Made by a program: the position numbers and the translations under genes. Positions 37,022-45,856 of a DNA stretch of 64,000 bases are shown in pieces (position 1 is the stretch's first letter; each line of letters opens with the position of its first letter). This stretch comes from a virus: positions 129,190-193,189 of IMG/VR virus record IMGVR_UViG_3300042566_001780. The stretch is one strand, 5' to 3'. The notes beneath the pieces are model-generated. The model searched no databases, was not told the DNA's origin, and saw only the letters and a program-made list of their open reading frames with translations.

Positions 37022-37099
37022 AGGGGAGTAGCTCAATTGGCAGAGCGCTGGTCTCCAAAACCAGAGGCTGTTCCGGTTCAAATCCGACCTCCCCTGCCA
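37022..37099 (+). tRNA. tRNA-Trp(CCA), encoded CCA
   Basis: Acceptor aggggag/ctcccct (as in bacterial tRNA-Trp), anticodon stem ctggt/accag loop cuCCAaa. Confidence 0.75.
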
Positions 37100-37154
37100 A
37101 TAATTATAACTTCGATCATCAAAATTTGGTGATGATGGAGATTTTAAAAACAAT

Positions 37155-37230
37155 CTGCACTTAGCTGTTCTGGTGAAAGCATGGCGCTGAAAACGCCGGG
37201 AGACTGGTTCGATCCCAGTAGTGCAGGCCA
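37155..37230 (+). tRNA. tRNA-Phe(GAA), encoded CCA
   Basis: Acceptor ctgcact/agtgcag, anticodon stem tggcg/cgccg loop ctGAAaa, T actgg-ttcgatc-ccagt. Confidence 0.75.
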
Positions 37231-37237
37231 AAATTAT

Positions 37238-37311
37238 GGTGTTGGTAAGATAGTGGTAGTCCGCCTGTCTGTGAAACAGGAAGCGAGGGTTCGATTCCCC
37301 CCTTCACCCCA
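37238..37311 (+). tRNA. probable tRNA-His(GUG) with G-1:C73 and atypical acceptor/T stems
   Basis: Anticodon stem cctgt/acagg loop cuGUGaa; extra 5' G pairing C73 then CCA; two U-U mismatches in acceptor stem. Confidence 0.5.
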
Positions 37312-37318
37312 AAATAAT

Positions 37319-37394
37319 GCCAATGAAGCAATCTGGTGATTGCACCTGACTGTCGATCAGGTTCAGGCGAGTTCGATCCTCGTCATTGGCGCCA
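37319..37394 (+). tRNA. tRNA-Asp(GUC), encoded CCA
   Basis: Acceptor gccaatg/cattggc, D gcaa/ttgc, anticodon loop ctGTCga, T gcgag-ttcgatc-ctcgt. Confidence 0.8.
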
Positions 37395-37399
37395 TTCAT

Positions 37400-37474
37400 G
37401 GTTCATTGGCCGAGAGGCGAGGCAACTTCTTCATGCGGAGTCCTACAGTAGTTCGAATCTACTATGAACCACCA
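37400..37474 (+). tRNA. tRNA-Met/Ile2(CAU), encoded CCA
   Basis: Acceptor ggttcat/atgaacc, anticodon stem acttc/ggagt loop ttCATgc, T agtag-ttcgaat-ctact. Confidence 0.7.
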
Positions 37475-37478
37475 AAAA

Positions 37479-37552
37479 GCCCCTGTAGTTCAATGAAAGA
37501 ACACACCTTTGGTACGGGTGAGAAGACAGTTTGATTCTGTCCTTGGGCACCA
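37479..37552 (+). tRNA. tRNA-Thr(GGU), encoded CCA, two acceptor-stem mismatches
   Basis: D gttc/gaac, anticodon stem cacct/gggtg loop ttGGTac, T gacag-tttgatt-ctgtc. Confidence 0.6.
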
Positions 37553-37601
37553 ATCTTTTGCTAAATAGATCCTATGTAGCCTTTTCGTAGGAGAAACACT
37601 C

Positions 37602-38198
37602 ATGCTAGTTAGCGAGCTTTTTGAAGCAAGAAACCCAAAATTAACCTATACCGAGAAACAAGTCAAGAAGGTCTTAGACCGGGTGACCGTTGAATTGACT
37701 GGAAATGAGAGTGGCGTTATGTCACGTTTAACTACTCGTTATTCCCGTTTAGACAAAGCTGCAAAATTAATGCAGGAAAAGCGTAATGCTCTAAACGAGG
37801 AAATGAAGCAAGTAGCAGAAAGCTTGTTTGATGCTCAAGATGAAGTGTTGACTCGTGTTGTGGATACGGTGTCATACACCATTACTTTGTCTAAAGCAGA
37901 AAAGGCAGAATCAAAATCCCCAACCAAAAAAGTTGATTATTCTGCAGTGGTAAAAGAGCTTGCTCAGATGTTGCCTGAATTACAAGAAAAGATCGACCAA
38001 ATCACTGAGCAATACACCGAAATTATTCAACCAAAAGATACCCCGGTTAAGTTAATTGTTAAGTCAAAACTTGATGAAGGATTCACCGCTTTTGCAAAAT
38101 CTTTAGTCAAGTCATTCAAAGAAATGCTGAAATCTATCAAATCTTGGGGTAAGGATTATGATAAGAGATTGGCTGCTTTGAAGAAACAGACATCATGA
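37602..38198 (+). CDS. hypothetical protein carrying the shared M-L-x-x-E-L-F-E N-terminal leader
   Basis: MLVSELFEA start; helical/charged; directly upstream of the LRR array. Confidence 0.5.
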   Translation: MLVSELFEARNPKLTYTEKQVKKVLDRVTVELTGNESGVMSRLTTRYSRLDKAAKLMQEKRNALNEEMKQVAESLFDAQDEVLTRVVDTVSYTITLSKAEKAESKSPTKKVDYSAVVKELAQMLPELQEKIDQITEQYTEIIQPKDTPVKLIVKSKLDEGFTAFAKSLVKSFKEMLKSIKSWGKDYDKRLAALKKQTS

Positions 38199-38911
38199 AA
38201 CTTAGACAATTGCTTGAAAGCCAATCTCAATTTCTTCAAACAAGAGAAGAGATTGAAGCATGGCTCCAAAAGATGAAAATTGAAAACTACACCATTAGAA
38301 ATGATCTTATGGTAGATGTTGATGGGGATGTTAACCTTTCTTTTAAAGGCTTATCATTCATTCCAGTCCAATTTTTCACAGTTATTGGAAATTTTTGGTG
38401 TTCACATAATCAATTAACATCACTCGACGGAGCACCTAGAGAAGTTGGCAGAGATTTTGAATGCGGTGAAAATGAGTTAACTTCTCTTAAGGGAGCACCT
38501 AGGGAAGTTGGTGGAGATTTTGATTGTTCTCATAATCAATTAACATCTCTTAAGGGAGCACCAAAAGATGTTGGCAAAGATTTTGATTGCAGCAATAATC
38601 AATTAACATCTCTTAAGGGTGCACCTAGAGAAGTGGGCGGAAATTTTTGGTGTTCACATAATCAATTAACATCACTCGACGGAGCACCAAGAGAGATAGG
38701 CGGTCATTTTAATTGCAGCACAAATCAATTAACATCTCTTGAAGGTGCTCCAAGAGAAGTAGGCGGAAGTTTTTATTGTAGATGGAATAAATTAACTTCC
38801 CTTGAAGGTGCACCTAGAGAAGTTGGTGGAAGTTTCAATTGTACTGGTAATGAATTGGCTTCATTAGATGGCATTGGAAATGTCACAGGTCAAATTTATT
38901 CGGATCTCTAA
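38195..38911 (+). CDS. leader-bearing BspA-type leucine-rich-repeat protein (paralog 1)
   Basis: MKLRQLLES leader; ~8 repeats NQLTSLKGAPREVGGDFDCSH. Confidence 0.65.
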   Translation: MKLRQLLESQSQFLQTREEIEAWLQKMKIENYTIRNDLMVDVDGDVNLSFKGLSFIPVQFFTVIGNFWCSHNQLTSLDGAPREVGRDFECGENELTSLKGAPREVGGDFDCSHNQLTSLKGAPKDVGKDFDCSNNQLTSLKGAPREVGGNFWCSHNQLTSLDGAPREIGGHFNCSTNQLTSLEGAPREVGGSFYCRWNKLTSLEGAPREVGGSFNCTGNELASLDGIGNVTGQIYSDL

Positions 38912-38912
38912 A

Positions 38913-39383
38913 ATGAAGCTAAAACAATTATTTGAAAATAGCAATAACCAATTTCTTCAAACCCGAGAAGAAATTGAGACATGGCTCCAAAAGATGAAAA
39001 TTAGAAACTACACCATCAGAGATGATCTGATGGTAGATGTTGATGGTAATGTAGATTTAAGTAAAAAGAATTTATCATTTATTCCAGTCAAATTTTGGGA
39101 AGTTGGTGGAGATTTTGATTGTTCTCATAATCAATTAACATCACTCAATGGTGCTCCCAGAGAAGTTGGTGGAAGTTTTTGGTGTGGCCGTAATCAATTA
39201 ACATCTCTTAAGGGAGCACCTAGAGAAGTTGGTAGAGGTTTTTTCTGCTATAACAATCAATTAACATCTATTGAAGGTGCTCCCAGAGAAGTAGGCGCGG
39301 ATTTTAACTGCAGATTTAATAAATTAACATCTCTTGATGGCATTGGTAATGTAGGTGGCCAGATTTATTCGGATCTATCATGA
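38913..39383 (+). CDS. leader-bearing LRR protein (paralog 2)
   Basis: MKLKQLFEN leader at ATG 38913; 5' ~130 nt near-identical to paralog 1; LTSL-GAPREVG repeats. Confidence 0.65.
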   Translation: MKLKQLFENSNNQFLQTREEIETWLQKMKIRNYTIRDDLMVDVDGNVDLSKKNLSFIPVKFWEVGGDFDCSHNQLTSLNGAPREVGGSFWCGRNQLTSLKGAPREVGRGFFCYNNQLTSIEGAPREVGADFNCRFNKLTSLDGIGNVGGQIYSDLS

Positions 39384-40141
39384 AATTAAGACAATTATTT
39401 GAAAATAGCAATACCCAATTTCTTCAAACTAGAGAAGAAATTTCTAATTGGTTGCTCGACAATACCATTCTCAAACCTCATGATTTCCAAATCAATGCCG
39501 ATTTAACTGTTGACGTTTTTTCTAGCTTCAAAATCTTCATGTCAGCATGGGATTATGATTTGTACCGGCTGCCAGTGCGATTTGGATATTGCACTGGCAG
39601 TTTTGCACTATCTCGTATAGCAAATCTACAAACATTAGAAGGTTGTCCAACCCATGTTGAAGGCTCTTTCTTTTGTGAAAGAACAGGCATCCAGGACCTC
39701 CAGGGTGCTCCCAGGGAAGTCGGTGGAGATTTCTTTTGTGGCTATTCAGAATCTCTAATGTCACTCGTGGGTGCTCCAGATAAGGTTGGAAGAAACTTTA
39801 AATGCAATAATTGCCCTGATTTAGAATCTCTAGAGGGCGGTCCTTCTGAAGTTGGCTATGACTACAATTGCTCTTATAATGCATTGCGATCCTTAGTCGG
39901 AGCTCCTAGAGAAATAGGTGGTGAATTTGACTGCTCAAATAATGAATTATTTTCTCTAAAGGGAGCGCCTAGGGATGTTGGTCTTTCATTTGATTGCGCA
40001 AATAATAATTTGACATCATTGAAGGGTGCTCCATTGCACATAGGCGAAGATCTTATAGCTTGGGGAAATCAAATCGCCGGTTCTGCAAATTACGGCTATA
40101 CACCCCGATCTATTGGCGGTGAAATAATCGGGGTTGAATAA
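39380..40141 (+). CDS. leader-bearing LRR protein (paralog 3)
   Basis: MKLRQLFEN leader; GAPREVGGDF / GAPDKVGRNF repeats. Confidence 0.6.
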   Translation: MKLRQLFENSNTQFLQTREEISNWLLDNTILKPHDFQINADLTVDVFSSFKIFMSAWDYDLYRLPVRFGYCTGSFALSRIANLQTLEGCPTHVEGSFFCERTGIQDLQGAPREVGGDFFCGYSESLMSLVGAPDKVGRNFKCNNCPDLESLEGGPSEVGYDYNCSYNALRSLVGAPREIGGEFDCSNNELFSLKGAPRDVGLSFDCANNNLTSLKGAPLHIGEDLIAWGNQIAGSANYGYTPRSIGGEIIGVE

Positions 40142-40911
40142 TGAAATTAGTTGACTTGTTTGAATCAGAAGATGATTTTGATTTCACTACCAAAGATGGA
40201 ATAGCAGAGTGGTTAAAAGTAAATTATATTTGGGAGTTTTATGACATTCATGATGACTTAAGTGTATCTGTTTTTGACAATGTCAATATCACAGTTCTTG
40301 GAAAAGACAAGTCAAAAATTCCAGTTAAGTTTAGAAAAGTATACGCATTTTTAACTGACGTACCAATTACCTCTCTTGAAAATTTTCCAGATTCAGCAAG
40401 AGAAATTATTATTCAAAGTGCAAAAATAAAGAATTTGCAAGGAATCACCCAAGATACCTTTGCATATTCAATACAAGCATGTAAAGAGTTGGAATCTTTA
40501 GATGGATTGCCGCAAGAAGTTAATGGAAGCATTTACATTAACAGATGCCCAATTACTTCCTTAAAGGGATCACCATTAAGAATCGACGGAGATTTTTCTG
40601 TTGTTCGGTGTGGTTTAAAGTCGTTGAGATATGGCCCAAGAGAAGTCACTGGATTACTCGATATACGAAAAAATGAACTAACTTCACTAAAAGGATGTCC
40701 TGAAGGTGTTGATTACATAGATGCCACATCTAATTTGATCACTAATTTGATTGGTGTTCCGGAATCAGCAGATGAACTCTATTTAACAGATAATCCTTTA
40801 GAATCTTTAGAAGGATTGCATGATGGTCGTATTGTTGTTAGATCTATAGGTGCTAATATTTCAAAAGACGAAAAATTGAAATACCCAAATGCCACAATTG
40901 TGACTGAATGA
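40141..40911 (+). CDS. leader-bearing LRR protein (paralog 4, diverged)
   Basis: MKLVDLFES leader; LESLDGLPQEV / ITSLKGSPLRI repeats. Confidence 0.6.
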   Translation: MKLVDLFESEDDFDFTTKDGIAEWLKVNYIWEFYDIHDDLSVSVFDNVNITVLGKDKSKIPVKFRKVYAFLTDVPITSLENFPDSAREIIIQSAKIKNLQGITQDTFAYSIQACKELESLDGLPQEVNGSIYINRCPITSLKGSPLRIDGDFSVVRCGLKSLRYGPREVTGLLDIRKNELTSLKGCPEGVDYIDATSNLITNLIGVPESADELYLTDNPLESLEGLHDGRIVVRSIGANISKDEKLKYPNATIVTE

Positions 40912-40926
40912 AACTGGAGAAAAGTT

Positions 40927-42426
40927 ATGAAATTGAAAGAACTATTAGAATCATATGATGAATTTGACTTTTCTACCAAAGAAGGTATTTCTAATTGGCT
41001 AAAAGAAAAAGGCAACAGAATTGGCAATTACACTATACACGATGATTTGAGTGTATCATTCCATAGCACTGTTTATTGGCATTGGCTGGATGGGATTACT
41101 AAATTACCATTCAAAATTCGCGATGTTAATGGCACCTTTGAGCTCAATGACGTTCCATTAACTACCCTGGAAAATTTTCCAGATAACGCTAATACAATCC
41201 ATCTTGAAAGTCTTGATATTGAAGACTTGACAGGAATTACCCAAACAGCAGAACGATATATTATCAAACACTGCCCTAATTTGAAAAGTCTAGATGGATT
41301 GCCGCCTCATGTAGAAGGCCTAGACCAATGGGCTGGAGTGTTTATTCATAATTCTGGAGTTGAAAGTTTAAGCGGAAGTCCAAGCACAATAAACGGCGAT
41401 TTTGTTGTAATTCGATGCAAATTGAAGTCACTCAAATACGGTCCCAGAGAAGTAACTGGTGAATATGACGTTGAATATAACCAGTTAGAATCGCTGAAAC
41501 ACAGCCCAAGAGCAGCAAGCCAACTATTAGTCGGATATAACAAAATAACATCTCTTAAGGGATGCACACCTGGTATTACTGTATTGAATATTGAGGGAAA
41601 TCCAATATCTTCACTAGATGGATTGCCGGAATCTCTACATAATGATGGTATCGTGTATGCCGAGAGGACAAATATCAGTGATGAAGAAATAGCAAAATAC
41701 CCAAATGGATTCTTCATCAAAGATCATGGAATGTTTGTTGCTGAAGGATGGAAAGAAAAAGCGCAAGTTGCGGGCGCAGCGGCATTAATGGCTACTGCTC
41801 TATTGGTGAATCGCGGACCAGAGGAAGCCCCAAGTGATAGGGCAATTGCAGGAAAAATTGATCATTCTAACATTTCTGTAGAAAAACCAAAATTGAATAA
41901 CAAATCGTCTGTCTTTAGTGGTTCAGCTAAAGTTCTTTATGATGAAGCGAAGAAGCAGGGTATACGCGGGGCAGAATTGATTCAATTGATTGCGCAATCT
42001 GCACATGAGACTGCAAATTTTGGTAAGCTTATTGAGATGGGTAGTAAGGATTATTTCAAGAAATATGATCCCAAACATAACCCAAGGAAAGCCGAAATAC
42101 TTGGAAATACTAAGGTTGGAGATGGTGAAAAATTTAAAGGTCGCGGTTTTCTCCAATTAACGGGTCGTGATGTTTATATGCGAGCTGGAAAAGCTTTAGG
42201 ATTGCCACTAGAAGAGAAACCGGAATTGTTAGAAGATCCAAAGATTGGTGCTAAAGCGTCAATTTGGTTCTGGAAAACCAGGGTTCAGCCAAAGGTCAAA
42301 GATTTCTCTGACGTTGAAGAAGTCACCCAATACATTAACCCGGGATTAAAGGGGTTATCTGATCGACAAAAGAAATTTCGAGAATTTTCTAATCTCTATA
42401 ATCTAGAAACAAAAAAGTCAAAATGA
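40927..42426 (+). CDS. leader + LRR N-domain fused to TM segment and GH19/lysozyme-like (COG3179-type) domain
   Basis: MKLKELLES leader; TM AQVAGAAALMATALLV; C-terminal AQSAHETANF ... EKFKGRGFLQLTGRDVY matches the GH19 signature [FHY]GRGxxQL(T/S). Confidence 0.7.
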   Translation: MKLKELLESYDEFDFSTKEGISNWLKEKGNRIGNYTIHDDLSVSFHSTVYWHWLDGITKLPFKIRDVNGTFELNDVPLTTLENFPDNANTIHLESLDIEDLTGITQTAERYIIKHCPNLKSLDGLPPHVEGLDQWAGVFIHNSGVESLSGSPSTINGDFVVIRCKLKSLKYGPREVTGEYDVEYNQLESLKHSPRAASQLLVGYNKITSLKGCTPGITVLNIEGNPISSLDGLPESLHNDGIVYAERTNISDEEIAKYPNGFFIKDHGMFVAEGWKEKAQVAGAAALMATALLVNRGPEEAPSDRAIAGKIDHSNISVEKPKLNNKSSVFSGSAKVLYDEAKKQGIRGAELIQLIAQSAHETANFGKLIEMGSKDYFKKYDPKHNPRKAEILGNTKVGDGEKFKGRGFLQLTGRDVYMRAGKALGLPLEEKPELLEDPKIGAKASIWFWKTRVQPKVKDFSDVEEVTQYINPGLKGLSDRQKKFREFSNLYNLETKKSK

Positions 42427-42432
42427 GTTAGA

Positions 42433-43107
42433 ATGAATAGAGTTTTTGTGAAGGTTCTATTCAACATGTCAGATCAATTGATTTCTTTGGAATTAACTGC
42501 GCAACAGTTTTATCATTCAAAGTTCAACACATATCACAATTGGGAGCATATTTCTTATGTGCTTTCCCAATATAGAGCAATCTTCAAAAAAGATCCAAGC
42601 AAGACAGAATTTGCAGCCATTCTGTTTCACGATTGCATCTATGTACCAGGTTCTCCTCATGGAGTCAATGAAATGCTGAGTGCGATAACTGCATGTAAAG
42701 TTGTCAAGTTCTCAAACTTCAAAGACATTGATGTAGAGTTGTTAGAGAAAATTATTCTGGCTACGAAGGTCCAAAATTATTTAGATCCTGGATTCTATGA
42801 TGAAGATTGCAATCGCGTGCTGGATGCAGATGTCGCGTCGCTAGCTGCACCGTATGAAGATTTTTTGCAAAACAATGCAAATATCATTTTTGAGAATCAT
42901 GGGCCCGTTCGATTTGGGTATGAAATGGATATTTGCAGTTATGCTTCTGTTGAATTTCTGTTGAAACTTAGTTCAAGATTATACATTTACAGAACTCAAG
43001 AAGCGCGAGAATTACTTGAGGAAAAAGCACGCGACAATATTGACAGGTTTAAACGAAATCCAAGAGACATCAATAGCTATTTGATTAAGTCTTCAGATTT
43101 TTGCTAA
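42433..43107 (+). CDS. HD-domain phosphohydrolase
   Basis: HNWEH ... ILFHDCIY (H..HD) motifs. Confidence 0.55.
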   Translation: MNRVFVKVLFNMSDQLISLELTAQQFYHSKFNTYHNWEHISYVLSQYRAIFKKDPSKTEFAAILFHDCIYVPGSPHGVNEMLSAITACKVVKFSNFKDIDVELLEKIILATKVQNYLDPGFYDEDCNRVLDADVASLAAPYEDFLQNNANIIFENHGPVRFGYEMDICSYASVEFLLKLSSRLYIYRTQEARELLEEKARDNIDRFKRNPRDINSYLIKSSDFC

Positions 43108-43110
43108 TTT

Positions 43111-43434
43111 CTAGCAATCTTCTCCATTTGGTATGTTTTGATCATGCCACTCCCCTTCAATGCAATGCCTGATTTCGTGCAGAAGGCATCTAGGGTAATT
43201 TCGCAAATTAATTATGCAAATTTTTTGTTGATTGACATCTATTAATCTAGCGGATCCTTGAATTTGGGGATTATTGAATCTACTAGGATCGGAATGAATA
43301 ATTAGCCTGAAATCGGAATGAACGATTTCGGGTTTTTTACTGGCACTGAATTGCGAATGACCAGTGCCCGCGCATGCAGTCAGAAGCACAATGAATAGAA
43401 CAGATATGAAATAATTCATAGGTGGGAATAGCAT
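43111..43434 (-). CDS. small lipoprotein with HExxH motif
   Basis: Lipobox VLLTAC; CLLHEIRHC. Confidence 0.45.
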   Translation of the reverse strand: MLFPPMNYFISVLFIVLLTACAGTGHSQFSASKKPEIVHSDFRLIIHSDPSRFNNPQIQGSARLIDVNQQKICIINLRNYPRCLLHEIRHCIEGEWHDQNIPNGEDC

Positions 43435-43492
43435 TTTGTTGATTATTTAGCCTCGAATCATCCTAAAATCATTTTCTTCTATATTTGCATTT

Positions 43493-43924
43493 TTGATACA
43501 ATGTTTTCTCTATAAGGAGAAATCAGTGTCATTTAACATCAACACACAAACGATTAACGTCTCAAAATCTGAATTGCTTAAGATCATGAAGCAAAACCTT
43601 GAACAGCATAAGGTTGAGTTTCAAGAAGCAGTGAAAGATTTTCATCAACGTCTTCAAGAAGATTTGAAACTTGCTCTTAAGAAAGTTTCAAAGATTGAAG
43701 ATCCCCAACAATTGAAGCAGTTCAAATTCAATGTGGCATTTCCAGAAAATCATGAAGAAGATTATCGTCAAGTAATTGAAATGCTTGAAATGTCGGTTGA
43801 CGAAACCATTCAACTGGATACTCGCACATTCAAAGCGTATGTCAAGAATGAGTGGGAATGGAAAATGCGATTCAAGTCACTGACTGAAGTTTATAAGACT
43901 GCCGGGTCTTCACTGTCTCTGTGA
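43493..43924 (+). CDS. hypothetical protein (143 aa)
   Basis: ORF. Confidence 0.45.
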   Translation: MIQCFLYKEKSVSFNINTQTINVSKSELLKIMKQNLEQHKVEFQEAVKDFHQRLQEDLKLALKKVSKIEDPQQLKQFKFNVAFPENHEEDYRQVIEMLEMSVDETIQLDTRTFKAYVKNEWEWKMRFKSLTEVYKTAGSSLSL

Positions 43925-44418
43925 GGACGACACCTTTAGTTCGAGATGAGGTCATTCCCATCTCGAATACTGCTTTATTGAAGGTAGCCGAGTTGAAAGA
44001 CAAAGAATCCCTTTTACTCGGTCATCTTGCCCAATTCACACACGATGAATGTTTCCAAAATGCTGGTTGGAAAATCATTCCGAGTGAACCAAGAGCGCTA
44101 TATGACCGAGAATTAGTCGGATCTGATTTATTACAAGATGATAAAATTGCTACCTTCATGACACAAAATGGAAAGCTGTCATTGAACCACACGATTACCC
44201 ACGATGAATATAACTTTTGGGTCAATAGATTAAGATCCGGATTAGACACAATAATCCAAAGTTTCGAATTTACAGATAACACATATTCTGCGATTCGATA
44301 TAAAGGTGCAATTTCGTTTAGATTATTGTACGCAGCCAGAGATCTTGGAATAAGAGCAGGAATAAGCTCTTACTTTTTTAACCGAGAATTAGCTTACACA
44401 TTCAACTTGAAGGAATGA
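43921..44418 (+). CDS. hypothetical protein (165 aa)
   Basis: GTGA-overlap coupling to upstream ORF. Confidence 0.45.
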   Translation: MRTTPLVRDEVIPISNTALLKVAELKDKESLLLGHLAQFTHDECFQNAGWKIIPSEPRALYDRELVGSDLLQDDKIATFMTQNGKLSLNHTITHDEYNFWVNRLRSGLDTIIQSFEFTDNTYSAIRYKGAISFRLLYAARDLGIRAGISSYFFNRELAYTFNLKE

Positions 44419-44924
44419 AAATTATGGATCAACACGACCACTCTTTTAATGGTATTTCTGAAGATGATCTGATGTCTCTCGATGATTCGTTGGATTTAGA
44501 TATGGCATTCAACACTGATCCATTTCCTGATTGGGTCTATGATATTGCCTGCATGCATCGCAAGTTTGGCGTCAATGAAATTGTACGTGGATTTGATCCA
44601 GAAAAGCTGAAGAAGTTTATTGAATTCCGAATCAAGTTTCTTGAAGAAGAACTTAATGAATCGAAAATTGCAATGGACCAACAAAAGTATGATGACTTTG
44701 TTGATGCCATGATTGATCTTTGTGTGGTAGCAATTGGCACGCTAAATGCACTGGATGTAGATGCATATACAGCATGGGATCGTGTTCATAAGGCAAATAT
44801 GTCTAAGCAGCCGGGGATTAAGCCTGGTCGAGTTAATCCACTTGGCTTGCCCGATTTGATAAAGCCGGAAGGGTGGCAAGCGCCAGAACATACTGATAAC
44901 ATCGGGCTAATGAGCAAACTGTGA
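44415..44924 (+). CDS. MazG-like (all-alpha NTP pyrophosphohydrolase) protein
   Basis: FLEEELNESKIAMD...DDFVDAMIDL...AWDRVHKANMSK helical EExxE/D-rich motifs. Confidence 0.55.
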   Translation: MKIMDQHDHSFNGISEDDLMSLDDSLDLDMAFNTDPFPDWVYDIACMHRKFGVNEIVRGFDPEKLKKFIEFRIKFLEEELNESKIAMDQQKYDDFVDAMIDLCVVAIGTLNALDVDAYTAWDRVHKANMSKQPGIKPGRVNPLGLPDLIKPEGWQAPEHTDNIGLMSKL

Positions 44925-44930
44925 TTTTAA

Positions 44931-44958
44931 AAAGGCATTCATATGAATGCCTTTTTTG
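44931..44958 (+). terminator. terminator aaaggcattca/tgaatgccttt + tttt
   Basis: 11-bp stem + T-run; immediately followed by gCTAAATAg. Confidence 0.6.
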
Positions 44959-44993
44959 CTAAATAGTTCATTGAACATTATCGATTTAGTAAA

Positions 44994-45851
44994 ATGCGCA
45001 CACTCCCGATATTATCCATAGTCCACACACCAGTTGCAGGTCCTGCATATATTGAGGTAGCTGGGGATTTTACCTCATTGTTCCATGGTAAAGAATGGAT
45101 TAACCCATCTACGCTTGCCAGATATCCGTTTTACACGTACACTGCGGCACCGTATGGAATAAAGTTGCTGACTGCTACAACGTTTTCACTAAATGAAAAT
45201 GAGTTATACGACGGCAACTATGTGGTGTACACAAAAACATCAGCATCAGATTTTGAGCCCGTTGAATTTGTTGGTGGAAATACACGAATACGTGTTATAC
45301 AGACAATAAGTACCGATGGAGCAGGCTCTCAGTTAACAACTGGTACAGTTTACAATATTTCAACATATTTGTTGAGCATTGCAGATGAATCTGATAAGCT
45401 AGTCCTAGAAACACAGTATGATAATGATCGCCCTCTAGAATTGGTTGGGCGAAATTTTTCTGGTTGGGGAGAGATTCTTCATCAAAACCAAATAAGATTA
45501 GCTCAAAATTTTGCATCAGACACTGCGCCAACAAACCCCTTCACCGGTCAACTTTGGTTCAATAGTACATCAAACGTGCTTTCAATATATAATGGTTCAT
45601 GGTTGCCAGTGAACGTGGCCATTGTTGGATTAATGTATCGGCACACCCAAGTAACACCCCAGTTGATTTGGACAATCAACCACAATTTGGGCGAGCGCAT
45701 CGTGGACATACAAGTATTCAAAAATACAGGTTTGGCTGCCCCAAATGATGTAAAATTAATATTTCCAAATGATGTGACATTCAACAGTGCGACTCAAGTA
45801 ACAGTGACATTCTCGAATGCTGAGAGTGGGTATGCTATAATTAGAGGATGA
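44994..45851 (+). CDS. hypothetical (probable structural) protein
   Basis: Preceded by CTAAATA motif 44959..44965. Confidence 0.5.
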   Translation: MRTLPILSIVHTPVAGPAYIEVAGDFTSLFHGKEWINPSTLARYPFYTYTAAPYGIKLLTATTFSLNENELYDGNYVVYTKTSASDFEPVEFVGGNTRIRVIQTISTDGAGSQLTTGTVYNISTYLLSIADESDKLVLETQYDNDRPLELVGRNFSGWGEILHQNQIRLAQNFASDTAPTNPFTGQLWFNSTSNVLSIYNGSWLPVNVAIVGLMYRHTQVTPQLIWTINHNLGERIVDIQVFKNTGLAAPNDVKLIFPNDVTFNSATQVTVTFSNAESGYAIIRG

Positions 45852-45856
45852 AGTCG

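Noticed and set aside
36846-37231. Minus-strand ORFs 36846..37100 and 36947..37231
   Set aside because: They lie entirely over the plus-strand tRNA genes (Asn, Trp, Phe); translation shows low-complexity artefacts of tRNA sequence.
38868-38912. Longer start (38868) for LRR paralog 2
   Set aside because: The conserved MKL leader and family alignment begin at ATG 38913, immediately after the upstream stop; the 15 extra codons overlap the previous gene.
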